Notes: generated from the sequence alone by a model not told the origin. Shown: positions 1-10,977, counted from the stretch's first letter. The stretch is DNA of 64,000 bases from Candidatus Gastranaerophilales bacterium (GCA_947625345.1 CANQNX010000002.1:12459-76458); one strand, 5' to 3'. Numbers and translations are program-made.

Positions 1-833
1 GAAAATTTCCTGAAACATATGTAGTATATGATTCTGATAACATTTTAAAAGGATTAATTACGGTAAAAGGACAGAGAGGCAACCCTTATAAATGGCAAAT
101 TAAACGATTATTCTTAGATAAGAATGCTTATGATGCCGGTAAACAGTTGGTTGAATATATCCTCGCAAAGTTTGGTGCAAGAGGAGTTAATACTTTTTAT
201 GTATCGGTTGATGATAACCAAAAAGAATTGGCGGATTTATTTATCAACGGCTGCGGTTTCAGATTCTGTTCAAATGAATCTTTATGGAAAGTCTCAAATA
301 TTAATTTCATTTCGGAAAACATCCCCGAAGAAAATTTTAGAATATTTAAAAATTCAGATGCAAAATTAATTTCTGATTTTTATAACGAAAATCTTATTAC
401 CCACTATAAATATTCACACCTTAAAGAAAAAGGTGAATTTAAAGACAGATTAATTCAGGGATACAAATGCGAAACCTTGTTTAAGTACATATATTTTGAC
501 GAAAATAAAATAAAAGCATTTATTGAAATTAAAACTGTTGATAATAAAAATTATTTTATTGATACAATAATTGCACCTCAATATTGTGATTGCTACAATT
601 TAGTTTTATCTTTTGCGATTAAAAAAATTATAAAAAGAAATAAAAATTTTAATCTCTATATTAAGAACAGAAAATATATTCAAAGCGGTGAGCTTCTTGA
701 AAATTTCTATAAAGAAAACAGATTTGAACTTTTGCAAAATAACGTAATACTCATAAAAGACTTCTTTAAAACAGTTAAAGAAGAATCTCACAATTTAAGT
801 AATGCGGTTATATTCAGCGGTTTTGAAATTTAA
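1..833 (+). CDS. GNAT-family N-acetyltransferase, 5' end outside the window
   Basis: The frame of ORF 147..833 is open from nt 3 (KFPETYVVYDSDNILKGLITVKGQRGNPYKWQIKRLFLDKNAYDAGKQLVEYILAKFGARGVN...), so the listed Met is internal. The QIKRLF..AGKQLVEYILAKFGARG stretch resembles the GNAT acetyl-CoA binding motif A. Confidence 0.55.
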   Translation, partial: KFPETYVVYDSDNILKGLITVKGQRGNPYKWQIKRLFLDKNAYDAGKQLVEYILAKFGARGVNTFYVSVDDNQKELADLFINGCGFRFCSNESLWKVSNINFISENIPEENFRIFKNSDAKLISDFYNENLITHYKYSHLKEKGEFKDRLIQGYKCETLFKYIYFDENKIKAFIEIKTVDNKNYFIDTIIAPQYCDCYNLVLSFAIKKIIKRNKNFNLYIKNRKYIQSGELLENFYKENRFELLQNNVILIKDFFKTVKEESHNLSNAVIFSGFEI

Positions 834-1708
834 TAATCCAAGTTGACTTGAGAGAATAATACTATTCTGTTTTTACCACGTTTTTTAGCATTATAAAGTG
901 CGTGTTCAGCATATCTTATAATTGAATTAGCATTTTCATCCACTTGTTCAAGTTGAGGATAAGATGAAATACCGCCGGATATTTTTACAGGATGTCTTTC
1001 TTCCTCTCCTGCGGGGATAAAAGACATTCTTTCAACATCACTTCTGAATCTTTCGGCGAAAACATATGCTTTTTCTTCCGTGGTATCAGGCAATAATACC
1101 ATGAATTCTTCATCACCGTATCTTGTTACTACATCTTCTTTTCTTGCTAAATTTAAAAGCATTTCAGCTATTTTCTTCAGAAGTACGTCACCCCATTCAT
1201 AACCGTACATATCGTTAACCACTTTGAAGAAATCTATATCAAAAAGAATACATGATACATTTGAATTATATCTTTTTGCCCTTGACATTTCAGACTCTAA
1301 TCTTTCAAGCAAAAATTTTCTGTTATGAAGTCCTGTTAATTCATCTGTCGTAGATATATTTGAAACTTTATCTTTTAATTCTTTTATTTTTAAAAGATTT
1401 TTTAATCTGACATCCATTTCATATTCACTGACGGGATTAATTACAAAATCGTATGCTTCAGCCCTTATAACGGTATCTTCCGGCATTTCATCGGCAACCA
1501 CCAATACAGGAAGAGGAAATTTAGTAACCATTGACATTTCTTTTAATTTCCCTAAGGTTAAATCAAGAACAATTACGCTGTTCTTAGCAGCATCAGACAT
1601 CTCATATTCATCTATATTTTTTACTGCTACATCAATATCAACCACTTTTTTACAAATATTTTCAAGCTGTGAACTGTTACCTTCCGTGTATATTATAAGA
1701 CTGCTCAT
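830..1708 (-). CDS. Pseudo-receiver (REC-like) plus degenerate GGDEF-domain protein
   Basis: The C-terminal half matches the diguanylate cyclase fold: GLHNRKFLLERLE, ILFDIDFFKVVNDMYGYEWGD, RKEDVVTRYGDEEFMVLLPDT, AEHALYNAKKRGKNRIV. The N-terminal ~120 aa shows CheY-like beta/alpha alternation (VIVLDL, PVLVVAD) but lacks the N-terminal acidic pair and the conserved Lys. Confidence 0.8.
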   Translation of the reverse strand: MSSLIIYTEGNSSQLENICKKVVDIDVAVKNIDEYEMSDAAKNSVIVLDLTLGKLKEMSMVTKFPLPVLVVADEMPEDTVIRAEAYDFVINPVSEYEMDVRLKNLLKIKELKDKVSNISTTDELTGLHNRKFLLERLESEMSRAKRYNSNVSCILFDIDFFKVVNDMYGYEWGDVLLKKIAEMLLNLARKEDVVTRYGDEEFMVLLPDTTEEKAYVFAERFRSDVERMSFIPAGEEERHPVKISGGISSYPQLEQVDENANSIIRYAEHALYNAKKRGKNRIVLFSQVNLDY

Positions 1709-1854
1709 TAATTAATCCTTTCCTTTTTAATTATTCTATCAAATTTATGTGAAAAGTTCAAAATATTTTAGCAAAGATTTTATTTACCATTTTTAACATA
1801 TTGTAGAAATGCAATTATTCGTAATATAATATAAGTAATACAGGAGGGGAAATT

Positions 1855-3018
1855 TTGCCGGAGCAAAACTATAGCGAATATAAATCCAATCAAAACTCGT
1901 ATAGCGCAAACTACAGGCAATATTACGTAAAAAATACGAATAATGTAAAAGTTAAACCCATAAGAAAAGTTAAGAGAAAAAAGAAATCAACTTCTTTATT
2001 AAAGAAAATAATTTCTTTGACATTTTTTGCCACTCTTTTATTTTATGTTTTACCATACTCCTTTAAAAATTTTATTGTAGATGTTTTTCCTTATAATGAA
2101 GCAAAAATATACAACGTTGATTATCAAAAGCTTTTATATCCCACACATAATTATCTTTATAAAGATTTATTTTTAGGTAAATTTATCATTAAAAATTCAA
2201 AGATTACGGAACCTAAAATGGTTGATATAAAACAAACATATGAACGAATTGCCCTAAAAAATGCATTAATTGATTTAGCACATCAATATCCGAAAATACA
2301 ACCATCCGTTTATGTATGGGAATACAAAAACGGAACTTATGTTGATATAAATGCCGATAAAATATATCCTGCTGCAAGTATAATAAAAATTCCCGTTCTA
2401 ATAGAAATGTTTAAAGAGATTGAAAACGGAAAATTCGGGTTATATGACAAAATGGTTATGCAAGACTACTTCAGAGCTCCGGGGTCAGGAAAACTGCAGT
2501 ATTCTCAAGGCGGTATAGCTCATACTATGGATTATTTAGCTAAAATAATGATAGAAAATTCCGACAATTCATCCACAAATATGATTATGGCTAAAATGGG
2601 CGGAATGCCTCAAGTTAATAAAGCAATACGAAGCTGGGGATTAAACTCTACCCATATTAACAATTGGCTCCCCGATTTAGACGGCACAAACGTCACAACC
2701 GCAAAAGAATTGGCTAAAATGCTCTATAATATTGATACTACCGATATTCTTTCCGCAGATTCCAAGTTACATATATCCGATTATCTTTCCCACGTCAAAA
2801 ATAACAGACTTCTTCAAGCAGGTCTGCCCCCTAAAGCTATTTTACTCCATAAAACAGGCGATATCGGTTTTATGTTGGGAGATGCCGGCATTGTAAAAAG
2901 CCCTAACGGAAGAAAATATATCGTGGTAATTTTAGCGAAACGTCCTTATAATAATCTTCAAGGAAAAGAATTTATTGTTAATGCTTCAACAATTATTTAC
3001 AATCACATCTCAAATTAA
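1855..3018 (+). CDS. Membrane-anchored serine hydrolase, class A beta-lactamase-like fold
   Basis: The SxxK (AASIIK), SDN (ENSDNSS) and KTG (HKTGD) motifs are in the correct order. An N-terminal basic stretch plus TM helix is present. The TTG start is preceded by AGGAGGGG. Confidence 0.7.
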   Translation: MPEQNYSEYKSNQNSYSANYRQYYVKNTNNVKVKPIRKVKRKKKSTSLLKKIISLTFFATLLFYVLPYSFKNFIVDVFPYNEAKIYNVDYQKLLYPTHNYLYKDLFLGKFIIKNSKITEPKMVDIKQTYERIALKNALIDLAHQYPKIQPSVYVWEYKNGTYVDINADKIYPAASIIKIPVLIEMFKEIENGKFGLYDKMVMQDYFRAPGSGKLQYSQGGIAHTMDYLAKIMIENSDNSSTNMIMAKMGGMPQVNKAIRSWGLNSTHINNWLPDLDGTNVTTAKELAKMLYNIDTTDILSADSKLHISDYLSHVKNNRLLQAGLPPKAILLHKTGDIGFMLGDAGIVKSPNGRKYIVVILAKRPYNNLQGKEFIVNASTIIYNHISN

Positions 3019-3064
3019 ATCATACTGTTATATTTTTGATATAATTGGTTAGGACTATAAAAAA

Positions 3065-4417
3065 ATGAAAACATCTAAACTAACTTTATATATTTTTTTA
3101 AGTTTAATATTAGGGATTTTTGTCGGTTGGAAGTTCCCTGAAATAGGAAGCAAAATGCATCCTTTAGCTCAAATCTTTTTAAATATGATTAAAATGATTA
3201 TTGCTCCGTTATTATTTTCTGTGGTTGTTACGGGGATTGCAACTCATGGAAATATGAAATCCTTAGGAAAATTAGGGGCTAAAACATTATTTTATTTTGC
3301 GGTTGCAACCTCTTTTGCACTTGTTATCGGATTAAGCGTCGGCAATATATTTAAACCGGGTAAAGGATTTGCCACTTCGGTTATATCGGATAATATGTTA
3401 GATGCCGCCTCCGTTATGGCAAGCCAAAATGTACACGAGTCAATATCGGAAATATTCATAAACATAGTTCCTACAAGTATAGTTAAAGCAATGGCAAACG
3501 GGGATTTACTTCAAATAGTCGTATTTTCAATTTTCTTCGCATTGGCTGTTTGTGCAGCAGGAGAAAAAGCAAAGCCGGTTTTAAATTGCGTAACTTCTTT
3601 ATCTGAAGTTATGTTTAAATTTACTCATTTTGTTATGAACTTTGCACCTATAGGTGTTTTTGGAGCTATTTCATACACTATTGCGGAAAGCGGTATGGGA
3701 ATTATGTTTAATTATGCAAAAATAATTCTCTCTTTGTATTTTGCACTGTTTTTATTCTTATTTGTTATATTAAATATTGCTTGCCGTATAGTCGGAATTT
3801 CAGCATTTTCACTTTTAAGAGCCATTAGAGAACCTGCTCTTTTGGCATTTACAACTTCAACTTCCGAAGCAGCGCTTCCTCAAGCAATGAAAATCATGGA
3901 ATCTTACGGAGTTTCAAAAAATATAGTAGGATTTGTTATGCCGACAGGTTATACTTTTAATTTGGACGGTTCAACCTTATATTTAGCTTTGGCTATGTTA
4001 TTTTCCCTGCAAATTGTCGGGATAGAAATAGGTCCGCTTCAAACTTTATTTATAATGGCTACATTAATGCTCACGAGTAAAGGTATTGCAGGAGTGCCAA
4101 GAGTTGCACTCGTTGTTTTGGCAGGAACTTTATCGGGTTTTGGATATCCTCTCATAGGTGTTGCTATTTTACTCGGTATTGACCAAATACTTGATATGGG
4201 AAGAACTACCGTCAATCTTATCGGCAATTGTATTGCAACGGTTGTTATTGCAAAGTGGGAAAACGAATTCAATTATTCAAAATTAGAAGAATTTGATAAA
4301 CAATTTATTAATAATAAGAAGCAAAATATATCGGTTATTAAAAATATTAAATTTTCGGAAATCCCAATTGAAGAACACTCTGACTTCGGAGTCAATGAAA
4401 CTTCTAAATATAACTGA
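3065..4417 (+). CDS. Dicarboxylate/amino acid:cation symporter (DAACS, GltP/DctA-like)
   Basis: A 450-aa polytopic protein with family-typical segments: MIIAPLLFSVVVTGIA, FTTSTSEAALPQAM, TGYTFNLDGSTLY, DMGRTTVNLIGNC. Confidence 0.85.
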   Translation: MKTSKLTLYIFLSLILGIFVGWKFPEIGSKMHPLAQIFLNMIKMIIAPLLFSVVVTGIATHGNMKSLGKLGAKTLFYFAVATSFALVIGLSVGNIFKPGKGFATSVISDNMLDAASVMASQNVHESISEIFINIVPTSIVKAMANGDLLQIVVFSIFFALAVCAAGEKAKPVLNCVTSLSEVMFKFTHFVMNFAPIGVFGAISYTIAESGMGIMFNYAKIILSLYFALFLFLFVILNIACRIVGISAFSLLRAIREPALLAFTTSTSEAALPQAMKIMESYGVSKNIVGFVMPTGYTFNLDGSTLYLALAMLFSLQIVGIEIGPLQTLFIMATLMLTSKGIAGVPRVALVVLAGTLSGFGYPLIGVAILLGIDQILDMGRTTVNLIGNCIATVVIAKWENEFNYSKLEEFDKQFINNKKQNISVIKNIKFSEIPIEEHSDFGVNETSKYN

Positions 4418-4421
4418 TTTT

Positions 4422-7400
4422 TTATAAATCTTGCAACATATCATTGAAATCAGGCAAATTTGAATTTTGTTCGGTATTCTCAACGGGGTTATTATTTTCA
4501 TAATTTTTACCGTTTTCAATATTCTCAGTATTGTTATTACTATTTATAATTTCCTCGTGTGTTTCAATATCCGTCTCATTTTCATTATTTTGTATATTTT
4601 TAGGTACTGTCCACATAAATGAATTAATTGCATTGATTGAATTAATATTTCCATAAATATTAACTGTAAAAGTATTTGTTTTAGTATTCGGAGACTTATA
4701 TAAATCAGGTATATTTTTCATTATGTCGTTTGGAAGTTTCATATAATTTATATCTTTTTGCGTTTTGTTATCGGATATCAAATCGGACAGTGAAAAATTA
4801 CCAAATGTACCCAATTTATTTTTAATTTCATCGGATATACGTCCTTGTATAACTATGTTTGCCTCGTTTGTGAGCATATTGTGACGTCCTTTTGCCCATA
4901 TACTCATATTTTCACCTATGGTTTTAATATTGTCGGTTATAAGATACCCGTTTTGAAATAATATTGTCCCCTCTGATATTCTGTATCTTGCAGTATTATC
5001 ACGTTTTATTGCATCTATGAACCTGTTTATTGTTGAATTTAATAATCCATGATACATGAGATTTTTTGCATATAAATAATATTCAAATTTACCTAAAGTA
5101 CCCATTTGACCGTTATATGCTTTGTAATTCAATTTTCCGTTTAAAGATTTAATTACATTATTATATGTTTTACCTATAACTATTGATAAATCTGTTTCAA
5201 TATCCGCTATTCCGCCCAAGTCATCAGAAATCTTACACAAATCATACAGTGAATCTTTTATATTAAGACCCTTACCTTTTATTTTAATATCAAGCAAACT
5301 ATGCGGTAAATCATAACTCATCTTACCTTCAATTTCACCGTTATATGCTTTTGCCTTGATATTACTCAATTTTATTATATTTTGTTCTAATGCAATATCA
5401 GTTATGATATCATTTGCGTTTAAATCCAATACCTTAAATTTGCCTATGGCAGCATAACCTTTTTTTACGGAAATAATATTTTGTGCAAATGGATTGCGCT
5501 CTTTTTCAATAATTGAATATATTGTATTTAAATCTAAATTAAGCGAATTTAATTGCAAATTAGATACCGTTATTTTTTTTGGTGTTATATCAGGTTCTAT
5601 ATCCGCAGTTATATTAAATTTAGAATCTGCTACTTGAACATCCGGTGCGGTTAATCTGATATTATTTTTCATAAAACTTAAATCCGCATTTTTAACATCA
5701 GTCAAATACCGTTTTAATTTATATGAAAATATTTTTAAATTACCTGTAATTTCAGGTTTTTCCAAAGTATTATTTAAAATTATATTACCGTTTAAGGAGG
5801 TTTCTTCACCGCCGAAAAATGAAGATGCAAAAGTAAGTGAGTCGGGTATATTTATATTTAAATTTTTAAATAAAATATCATTTTCAGTATTAATAACACC
5901 CGATATTTTCAAGGTTTTTTTATTTTTATCAAAATTATAATCTTTTTTTTGACTAAGATTTTCTTTATCTTCCATTAAAGATAATTCTTGGATAATAATA
6001 TTATTTTTGTCTATATCACAATTTAAGTTTAATAATGATTTTTTATTCAATAATTCTTGAATAACGGTATAAGAAATATAGTTATCCTTATCAGATAACA
6101 TTTTTAATTTTAGATTGACTTTATTATCCCAAAGGGTTATATCTCCCGTTGTTTTAATTATTCCTACTGATTTTGAAGGCTGTTTTATATATTCGTTTAT
6201 AATCTGATATAACTTTTGAGCCTGTGCTTCCGATTTAAAATTAACAGCTCCGGATATTTTTTCTTTATAATTATTAATTTCTCCCGAGAAATTTACTTTC
6301 AAAGGAGATATTATTTCATTTTCGGGAATTAATATTTTATTCTCATCAAATTTTATATTCAAATTGTCAGCGGATATTTTCTGCTTCGCTACAATAATAT
6401 TTAAATTTTTACAATTAACTTCACCCGAGTATTTTTTTTCATCTCCGCTAAATGTTATATCAGCGTTAGAAATCATTAAAGGAATATTATTCTTTGGTTC
6501 TTTTATATTCAAAGAATTTAAGTTTATCATCGAAGTTAAAGTATAGTTTTTGTTTAAAACACCTTTTATATTTGATTTAAATCCCAATTTACCCGCAATA
6601 ATTTCAAAAGGAATTTTATTTTTTACATCAAACAAATTGATTATATTAATCAAATTAAGATTTTCAGACTTAGCATTAACATCAAAAGATACATCTTCTT
6701 TTATTCCGCCTGTTATTTCAACAGGAGTCTGATTTATAAGTGCATTTGCCTGTTTTATCCGTATATTATTATTATCCAAACTTATGTCAGCATTTACTGA
6801 TTTTACAGGATATGGAAGCTTTTCATGCCTGATTTCCGCATTAATTATTCTTAAATTACCGTTAGAAATTAATTTTTTAAAATCGGAACTGATATTAAAT
6901 TCAGCATCCATTAATCCTTTAACATTTAAGTCTGCAATTGAATTTTTTATATTTAAACTTTTAGAAATTATTGAAATAATTTTAAACAGATTTTCTAAAT
7001 TAACATGTTTTGCATCCGCATTTAATTTGATTAATTTTTTCTTTCCATATATAAAATCACCCTTAACTTTGGCAATATCAGTTTTAGAAGTATGCAATAT
7101 TGCATCAATATTAACTTCTTCTCCCTTAAAGTCCAAATTTACATTATTGTCTTTTAATTCTACATCTTTAGCCCTCAAAGACACATCATTAATCTTTAAC
7201 TTGCCTGTTATTTTTTTATCATTCGTTATTTTCAAATTGCCGATTATTTTACCTTTTATATCAGACTCAACCATTGGCTTAAAAGGAGAAAATGTAAATG
7301 CCGATTTTTCACTATTAAAAAATGAAATAACGCTTAAATCGTATTCCAAATACTTTTTAGTATCATCTTTTAATACACCCTTTAAGACGAAATTAACATT

Positions 7401-7961
7401 TTCATTTATTTTAAAATCTTTTATTAAAAGTTCGTCGCCTTCCAATACAAAATTTTTACCCAAAGATTCATCATAAATTTTTATTTTATAATCACTACAG
7501 TGTATATTTGACAAAGAAGTATCAAGCTGAAATCCTTCAGTAATAATATTTTTATTTGTAATATATTTATCTAATGATGTAGTTAAATCTTTATTTAATT
7601 TAATATTTATAATCGGTCTTGTCAGACTAGTATCTTTAATAATTACCTTTTTAAATAATAAAGGTAATAATTTAATTTTTACATCTAAGGATTTTAATTT
7701 TAAAAACTCATTATTATCAGGATATAAAATTAAAGTATGATACATATTTATTTTTAAATCAGGAGTATAAGTTTTTTTTACTGAAATATTTTCGGAAAAA
7801 ACTTTGAATCCTGTTTTTTCTTCAATTTCACTAAATACTTTATCTTTGTATTTATTTAAATCCAAACATTTTTCAACATAATATAGTGCACCAAAATATG
7901 ATGCAGAGAGAAAAAAAGCCGTAATCGAAACAGACAAAAATATTTTTTTATGGATTTTCAT
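4422..7961 (-). CDS. AsmA/TamB-like large envelope protein
   Basis: An 1179-aa protein with a single N-terminal TM helix and then an AsmA-type N-terminus (LDLNKYKDKVFSEIEEKTGFKVFSENISVKKTYTPDLKINMYHTLILYP). The body is long and beta-rich, with an AsmA_2-like C-terminal region (KAYNGEIEGKMSYDLPHSLLDIKIKGKGLNI) and an Asn/Glu low-complexity tail. The start ATG overlaps the atpG stop (ATGA). Confidence 0.65.
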   Translation of the reverse strand: MKIHKKIFLSVSITAFFLSASYFGALYYVEKCLDLNKYKDKVFSEIEEKTGFKVFSENISVKKTYTPDLKINMYHTLILYPDNNEFLKLKSLDVKIKLLPLLFKKVIIKDTSLTRPIINIKLNKDLTTSLDKYITNKNIITEGFQLDTSLSNIHCSDYKIKIYDESLGKNFVLEGDELLIKDFKINENVNFVLKGVLKDDTKKYLEYDLSVISFFNSEKSAFTFSPFKPMVESDIKGKIIGNLKITNDKKITGKLKINDVSLRAKDVELKDNNVNLDFKGEEVNIDAILHTSKTDIAKVKGDFIYGKKKLIKLNADAKHVNLENLFKIISIISKSLNIKNSIADLNVKGLMDAEFNISSDFKKLISNGNLRIINAEIRHEKLPYPVKSVNADISLDNNNIRIKQANALINQTPVEITGGIKEDVSFDVNAKSENLNLINIINLFDVKNKIPFEIIAGKLGFKSNIKGVLNKNYTLTSMINLNSLNIKEPKNNIPLMISNADITFSGDEKKYSGEVNCKNLNIIVAKQKISADNLNIKFDENKILIPENEIISPLKVNFSGEINNYKEKISGAVNFKSEAQAQKLYQIINEYIKQPSKSVGIIKTTGDITLWDNKVNLKLKMLSDKDNYISYTVIQELLNKKSLLNLNCDIDKNNIIIQELSLMEDKENLSQKKDYNFDKNKKTLKISGVINTENDILFKNLNINIPDSLTFASSFFGGEETSLNGNIILNNTLEKPEITGNLKIFSYKLKRYLTDVKNADLSFMKNNIRLTAPDVQVADSKFNITADIEPDITPKKITVSNLQLNSLNLDLNTIYSIIEKERNPFAQNIISVKKGYAAIGKFKVLDLNANDIITDIALEQNIIKLSNIKAKAYNGEIEGKMSYDLPHSLLDIKIKGKGLNIKDSLYDLCKISDDLGGIADIETDLSIVIGKTYNNVIKSLNGKLNYKAYNGQMGTLGKFEYYLYAKNLMYHGLLNSTINRFIDAIKRDNTARYRISEGTILFQNGYLITDNIKTIGENMSIWAKGRHNMLTNEANIVIQGRISDEIKNKLGTFGNFSLSDLISDNKTQKDINYMKLPNDIMKNIPDLYKSPNTKTNTFTVNIYGNINSINAINSFMWTVPKNIQNNENETDIETHEEIINSNNNTENIENGKNYENNNPVENTEQNSNLPDFNDMLQDL

Positions 7962-8884
7962 ACTTTATTTTTTATGGCATTACTGCCGCCTACTATTTCC
8001 GTAATTTCCTGAGTTATCATTGCTTGTCTGACTTTATTAAATTCAATCGTCAATTTTTGAATCATTTCATCAGCGTTATTACAAGCCGCTGACATAGCAG
8101 TCATTCTTGATGCCAACTCACTTGCTATTGATTCTAACATAGCTTGGAAAATTATACTTGATATAAATAGAGGAACTATTTCTGCCAATACGGAAGGTGC
8201 ATTTGGTTCTATTTCCATATCTGAAAAATTTTCATGTGTATAATCGAAATCTATTTCATCCAAAGGCAAAATATCCCATCTTTCAACGGAATATGACATC
8301 ATATTTCTGAATCTCGTTGTTATTATTTCCATAGAGTCTATATCACCGTTAACAAAAGAACGTGCCATATCGGATGCAACAGTCAATGCATGAGAAGATG
8401 TAGGTGTTTCCGCAAAATTAAGGTACTTATTTGTAATTTTAAAACCGTATTCATCACTTAATCTTTTTAAAGAATTATACCCTTTTTGTCCTATTATAAA
8501 TAGTTCGCAGCCAATCCCTTTTTCTTGATAGTCTTTAATGGTTTTTAATGTGTATCTGACAAGATTTGCATTAAATGCCCCTGATAACCCCTTATTTGAC
8601 GTAATGATTAACAGACCTACATTTTCAATTTTTCTTTCTTCCAACAATACAGGATAATTATTAATAGGCGCCTTAAAGTTTGTTTCTTTTGTTTCAATAT
8701 CATCAACGGAATGTAAAAGACGATAAAATATTTTTTCCAATTCAAAAGTAAAAGGTCTTGATGCTTTTACACGATTTTCAAATTTTTTAACCTTTGCAGA
8801 TGCAACCATTTTCATTGCTCTGGTTATTTTTTGCGTACTTTTTATTGAATTTATTCTTGTCTTTATTTTTTTTAGATTAGCCAT
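7958..8884 (-). CDS. atpG: F1 ATP synthase gamma subunit
   Basis: N-terminus MANLKKIKTRINSIKSTQKITRAMKMVASAKV and C-terminus RQAMITQEITEIVGG are hallmark gamma-subunit termini. The position after alpha fits. Confidence 0.92.
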   Translation of the reverse strand: MANLKKIKTRINSIKSTQKITRAMKMVASAKVKKFENRVKASRPFTFELEKIFYRLLHSVDDIETKETNFKAPINNYPVLLEERKIENVGLLIITSNKGLSGAFNANLVRYTLKTIKDYQEKGIGCELFIIGQKGYNSLKRLSDEYGFKITNKYLNFAETPTSSHALTVASDMARSFVNGDIDSMEIITTRFRNMMSYSVERWDILPLDEIDFDYTHENFSDMEIEPNAPSVLAEIVPLFISSIIFQAMLESIASELASRMTAMSAACNNADEMIQKLTIEFNKVRQAMITQEITEIVGGSNAIKNKV

Positions 8885-8900
8885 AATTATTTTTTGCTCA

Positions 8901-10418
8901 CTATTTAAAGAAGTTTGTTTTATAAGAAGTCAATTTTTCTTTTAATTCATTTATATCTTCATCAGACAGTTTTTCACCGTCATTCAATCTTTGTGTCAAT
9001 TCTTTCAAATTTGCATCCATATAATAGAACCAACCTTGTTTAAAGTCTTTGATTTTATCATTATCAACATCATCCAAGAAACCTTCATTAGCTGCGAAAA
9101 GAATAGTTACTTGCTGAGCAACATTTAAAGGTGAGTATTGAGGTTGCTTTAAAACCTCGGTCAATTTTTGTCCTCTTGTTAACTGATCCTTTGTTGCCTT
9201 ATCCAAATCGCTGGCGAATTGAGCAAATGCCTCAAGTTCTCTGAATTGCGCTAAATCCAATCTGAGTTTGCCCGCAACCTGTTTAATACCCTTTGTTTGA
9301 GCCGCACCGCCAACACGGGAAACTGAAATACCTGCATTAATCGCAGGTCTTGTTCCCGAATTAAACAGATTTGATTCCAAAAATATCTGTCCGTCCGTTA
9401 TAGAAATTACATTAGTAGGTATATAAGCTGATACATCACCGGCTTGAGTTTCAATTATGGGGAGTGCGGTAATACTGCCTCCGCCTAACTCATCATTTAA
9501 TTTACAAGCTCTTTCAAGCAATCTTGAATGTAAATAAAAGACATCTCCCGGATATGCTTCACGACCTGACGGCCTTTTTAACAAAAGACTCATTGCCCTA
9601 TATGCCTGAGCATGTTTTGATAAATCATCATATATGATTAATACTGATTTGCCTTCTTCCATAAATTCTTCAGCTATCGCACAACCTGCAAATGGCGCAA
9701 TATACTGCATAGGAGCAGATTCATTAGCAGGTGCTGATACAATTATTGTATAATCCATTGCACCGTAATTTTCAAGTGTTTTTGCCAATTGTGCAACCGT
9801 TGAAGTCTTTTGACCTATTGCCACATAAATACATATAACGTCTTTGCCTTTTTGATTAATAATTGTATCTATGGCTATAGCAGTTTTACCCGTTTGTCTG
9901 TCACCGATTATTAACTCTCTTTGACCTCTGCCTATAGGTGTTAAAGCATCTATTGCAGTTAATCCCGTTGCCATAGGCTCACATACGGATTTTCTCGTAA
10001 CTATCCCCGGAGCCACTCTTTCTATTGGTCTTGTTTTTTCAAAAGCTATATCTCCTTTTCCGTCAACAGGGACTCCCGTCGGGTCAATTATTCTTCCTAA
10101 GAGATTATATCCCACCGGTACAGATGCGATTCTTCCCGTTGTCCTTACCTGCATTCCTTCTTTTATATGGGTATAATCACCTAATATTACGGCACCTACA
10201 TTATCTTCCTCAAGATTTAATACTATTCCTAAAGTACCTTTCGAGTCTTCAAACTCTATAAGTTCACTCGACATTGCATCATTTAACCCGTATATCCTTG
10301 AAATTCCGTCTGCAACTTCAAGTACGGTACCTACATTTTTTACCTCAAGTTCCGAACCGTAATTCTCTAACTTTTCTTTAATTATTGATGTAATTTCATC
10401 AGGATTAATCACTGCCAT
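8901..10418 (-). CDS. atpA: F1 ATP synthase alpha subunit
   Basis: Walker [19 protein letters not shown], then [38 protein letters not shown]. Length 505 aa. Confidence 0.97.
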   Translation of the reverse strand: MAVINPDEITSIIKEKLENYGSELEVKNVGTVLEVADGISRIYGLNDAMSSELIEFEDSKGTLGIVLNLEEDNVGAVILGDYTHIKEGMQVRTTGRIASVPVGYNLLGRIIDPTGVPVDGKGDIAFEKTRPIERVAPGIVTRKSVCEPMATGLTAIDALTPIGRGQRELIIGDRQTGKTAIAIDTIINQKGKDVICIYVAIGQKTSTVAQLAKTLENYGAMDYTIIVSAPANESAPMQYIAPFAGCAIAEEFMEEGKSVLIIYDDLSKHAQAYRAMSLLLKRPSGREAYPGDVFYLHSRLLERACKLNDELGGGSITALPIIETQAGDVSAYIPTNVISITDGQIFLESNLFNSGTRPAINAGISVSRVGGAAQTKGIKQVAGKLRLDLAQFRELEAFAQFASDLDKATKDQLTRGQKLTEVLKQPQYSPLNVAQQVTILFAANEGFLDDVDNDKIKDFKQGWFYYMDANLKELTQRLNDGEKLSDEDINELKEKLTSYKTNFFK

Positions 10419-10977
10419 ATTTATTTCCCTTTGTTAATTGTTTACGCATATTTTCAAATTTTGTTCTGAGACTGCAATCAATTGTCTTATCTTCAATTTC
10501 TATAATTATTCCGCCTATAATATCATTGTCGGTTTTATACTCCGGTATTATTATTTTGGAGAGTTTATTTGAAAGCTTCTCTTTTATTCGATTTTTTTGA
10601 CTTTCATCAAGTTCAACCGCAGATGTAATTATAGGTTTTACTATATTCTTTTCGCTATTTAAAGCTTTTATATAACACTCCAAAACTTCAAAAATTATAT
10701 TCAATCTGTTGTTATCAGAGAGCAAATATAAAAACTCAAGTGTCTCTTTATTTATGTGACTATAAAATACCTTTCCTAAAACTTCTTTTTTATCATTTAT
10801 TTTGATTATGGGACTAAACAATAAATTTTTAAGTTCCTCATTCATATTAATTGTTTGAGTTATCAAAACCAAATTATCTTCAACCTCATCAGCTATATTT
10901 TTTTCTTTAGCTGACTCTAAAAGAGCATTTGCATATTTTCTTGCGGTTTTTATATTTTTTACATCTAAAATTTTCAT
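10405..10977 (-). CDS. atpH: F1 ATP synthase delta (OSCP) subunit
   Basis: A 190-aa protein between b and alpha. It has the OSCP-like N-terminus [15 protein letters not shown] and the C-terminal [23 protein letters not shown]. Confidence 0.8.
   Translation of the reverse strand: MKILDVKNIKTARKYANALLESAKEKNIADEVEDNLVLITQTINMNEELKNLLFSPIIKINDKKEVLGKVFYSHINKETLEFLYLLSDNNRLNIIFEVLECYIKALNSEKNIVKPIITSAVELDESQKNRIKEKLSNKLSKIIIPEYKTDNDIIGGIIIEIEDKTIDCSLRTKFENMRKQLTKGNKYGSD

Noticed and set aside
124-369. An 81-aa ORF overlapping the first gene in another frame.
   Set aside because: The GNAT-like frame is open from the window edge and has recognisable motifs. The 124..369 frame is low complexity and has no RBS.
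6364-7476. Plus-strand ORFs of 60-230 aa inside the AsmA-like gene. The same applies to antisense ORFs at 26597..27070, 30312..30764, 34221..34818, 42474..42815, 44667..44972 and 51118..51546.
   Set aside because: All lie fully inside strongly supported genes on the opposite strand. They have low-complexity Phe/Leu/Ser/Ile-rich compositions, which mirror Lys/Glu/Asn-rich coding sequence, and they lack SD sequences.
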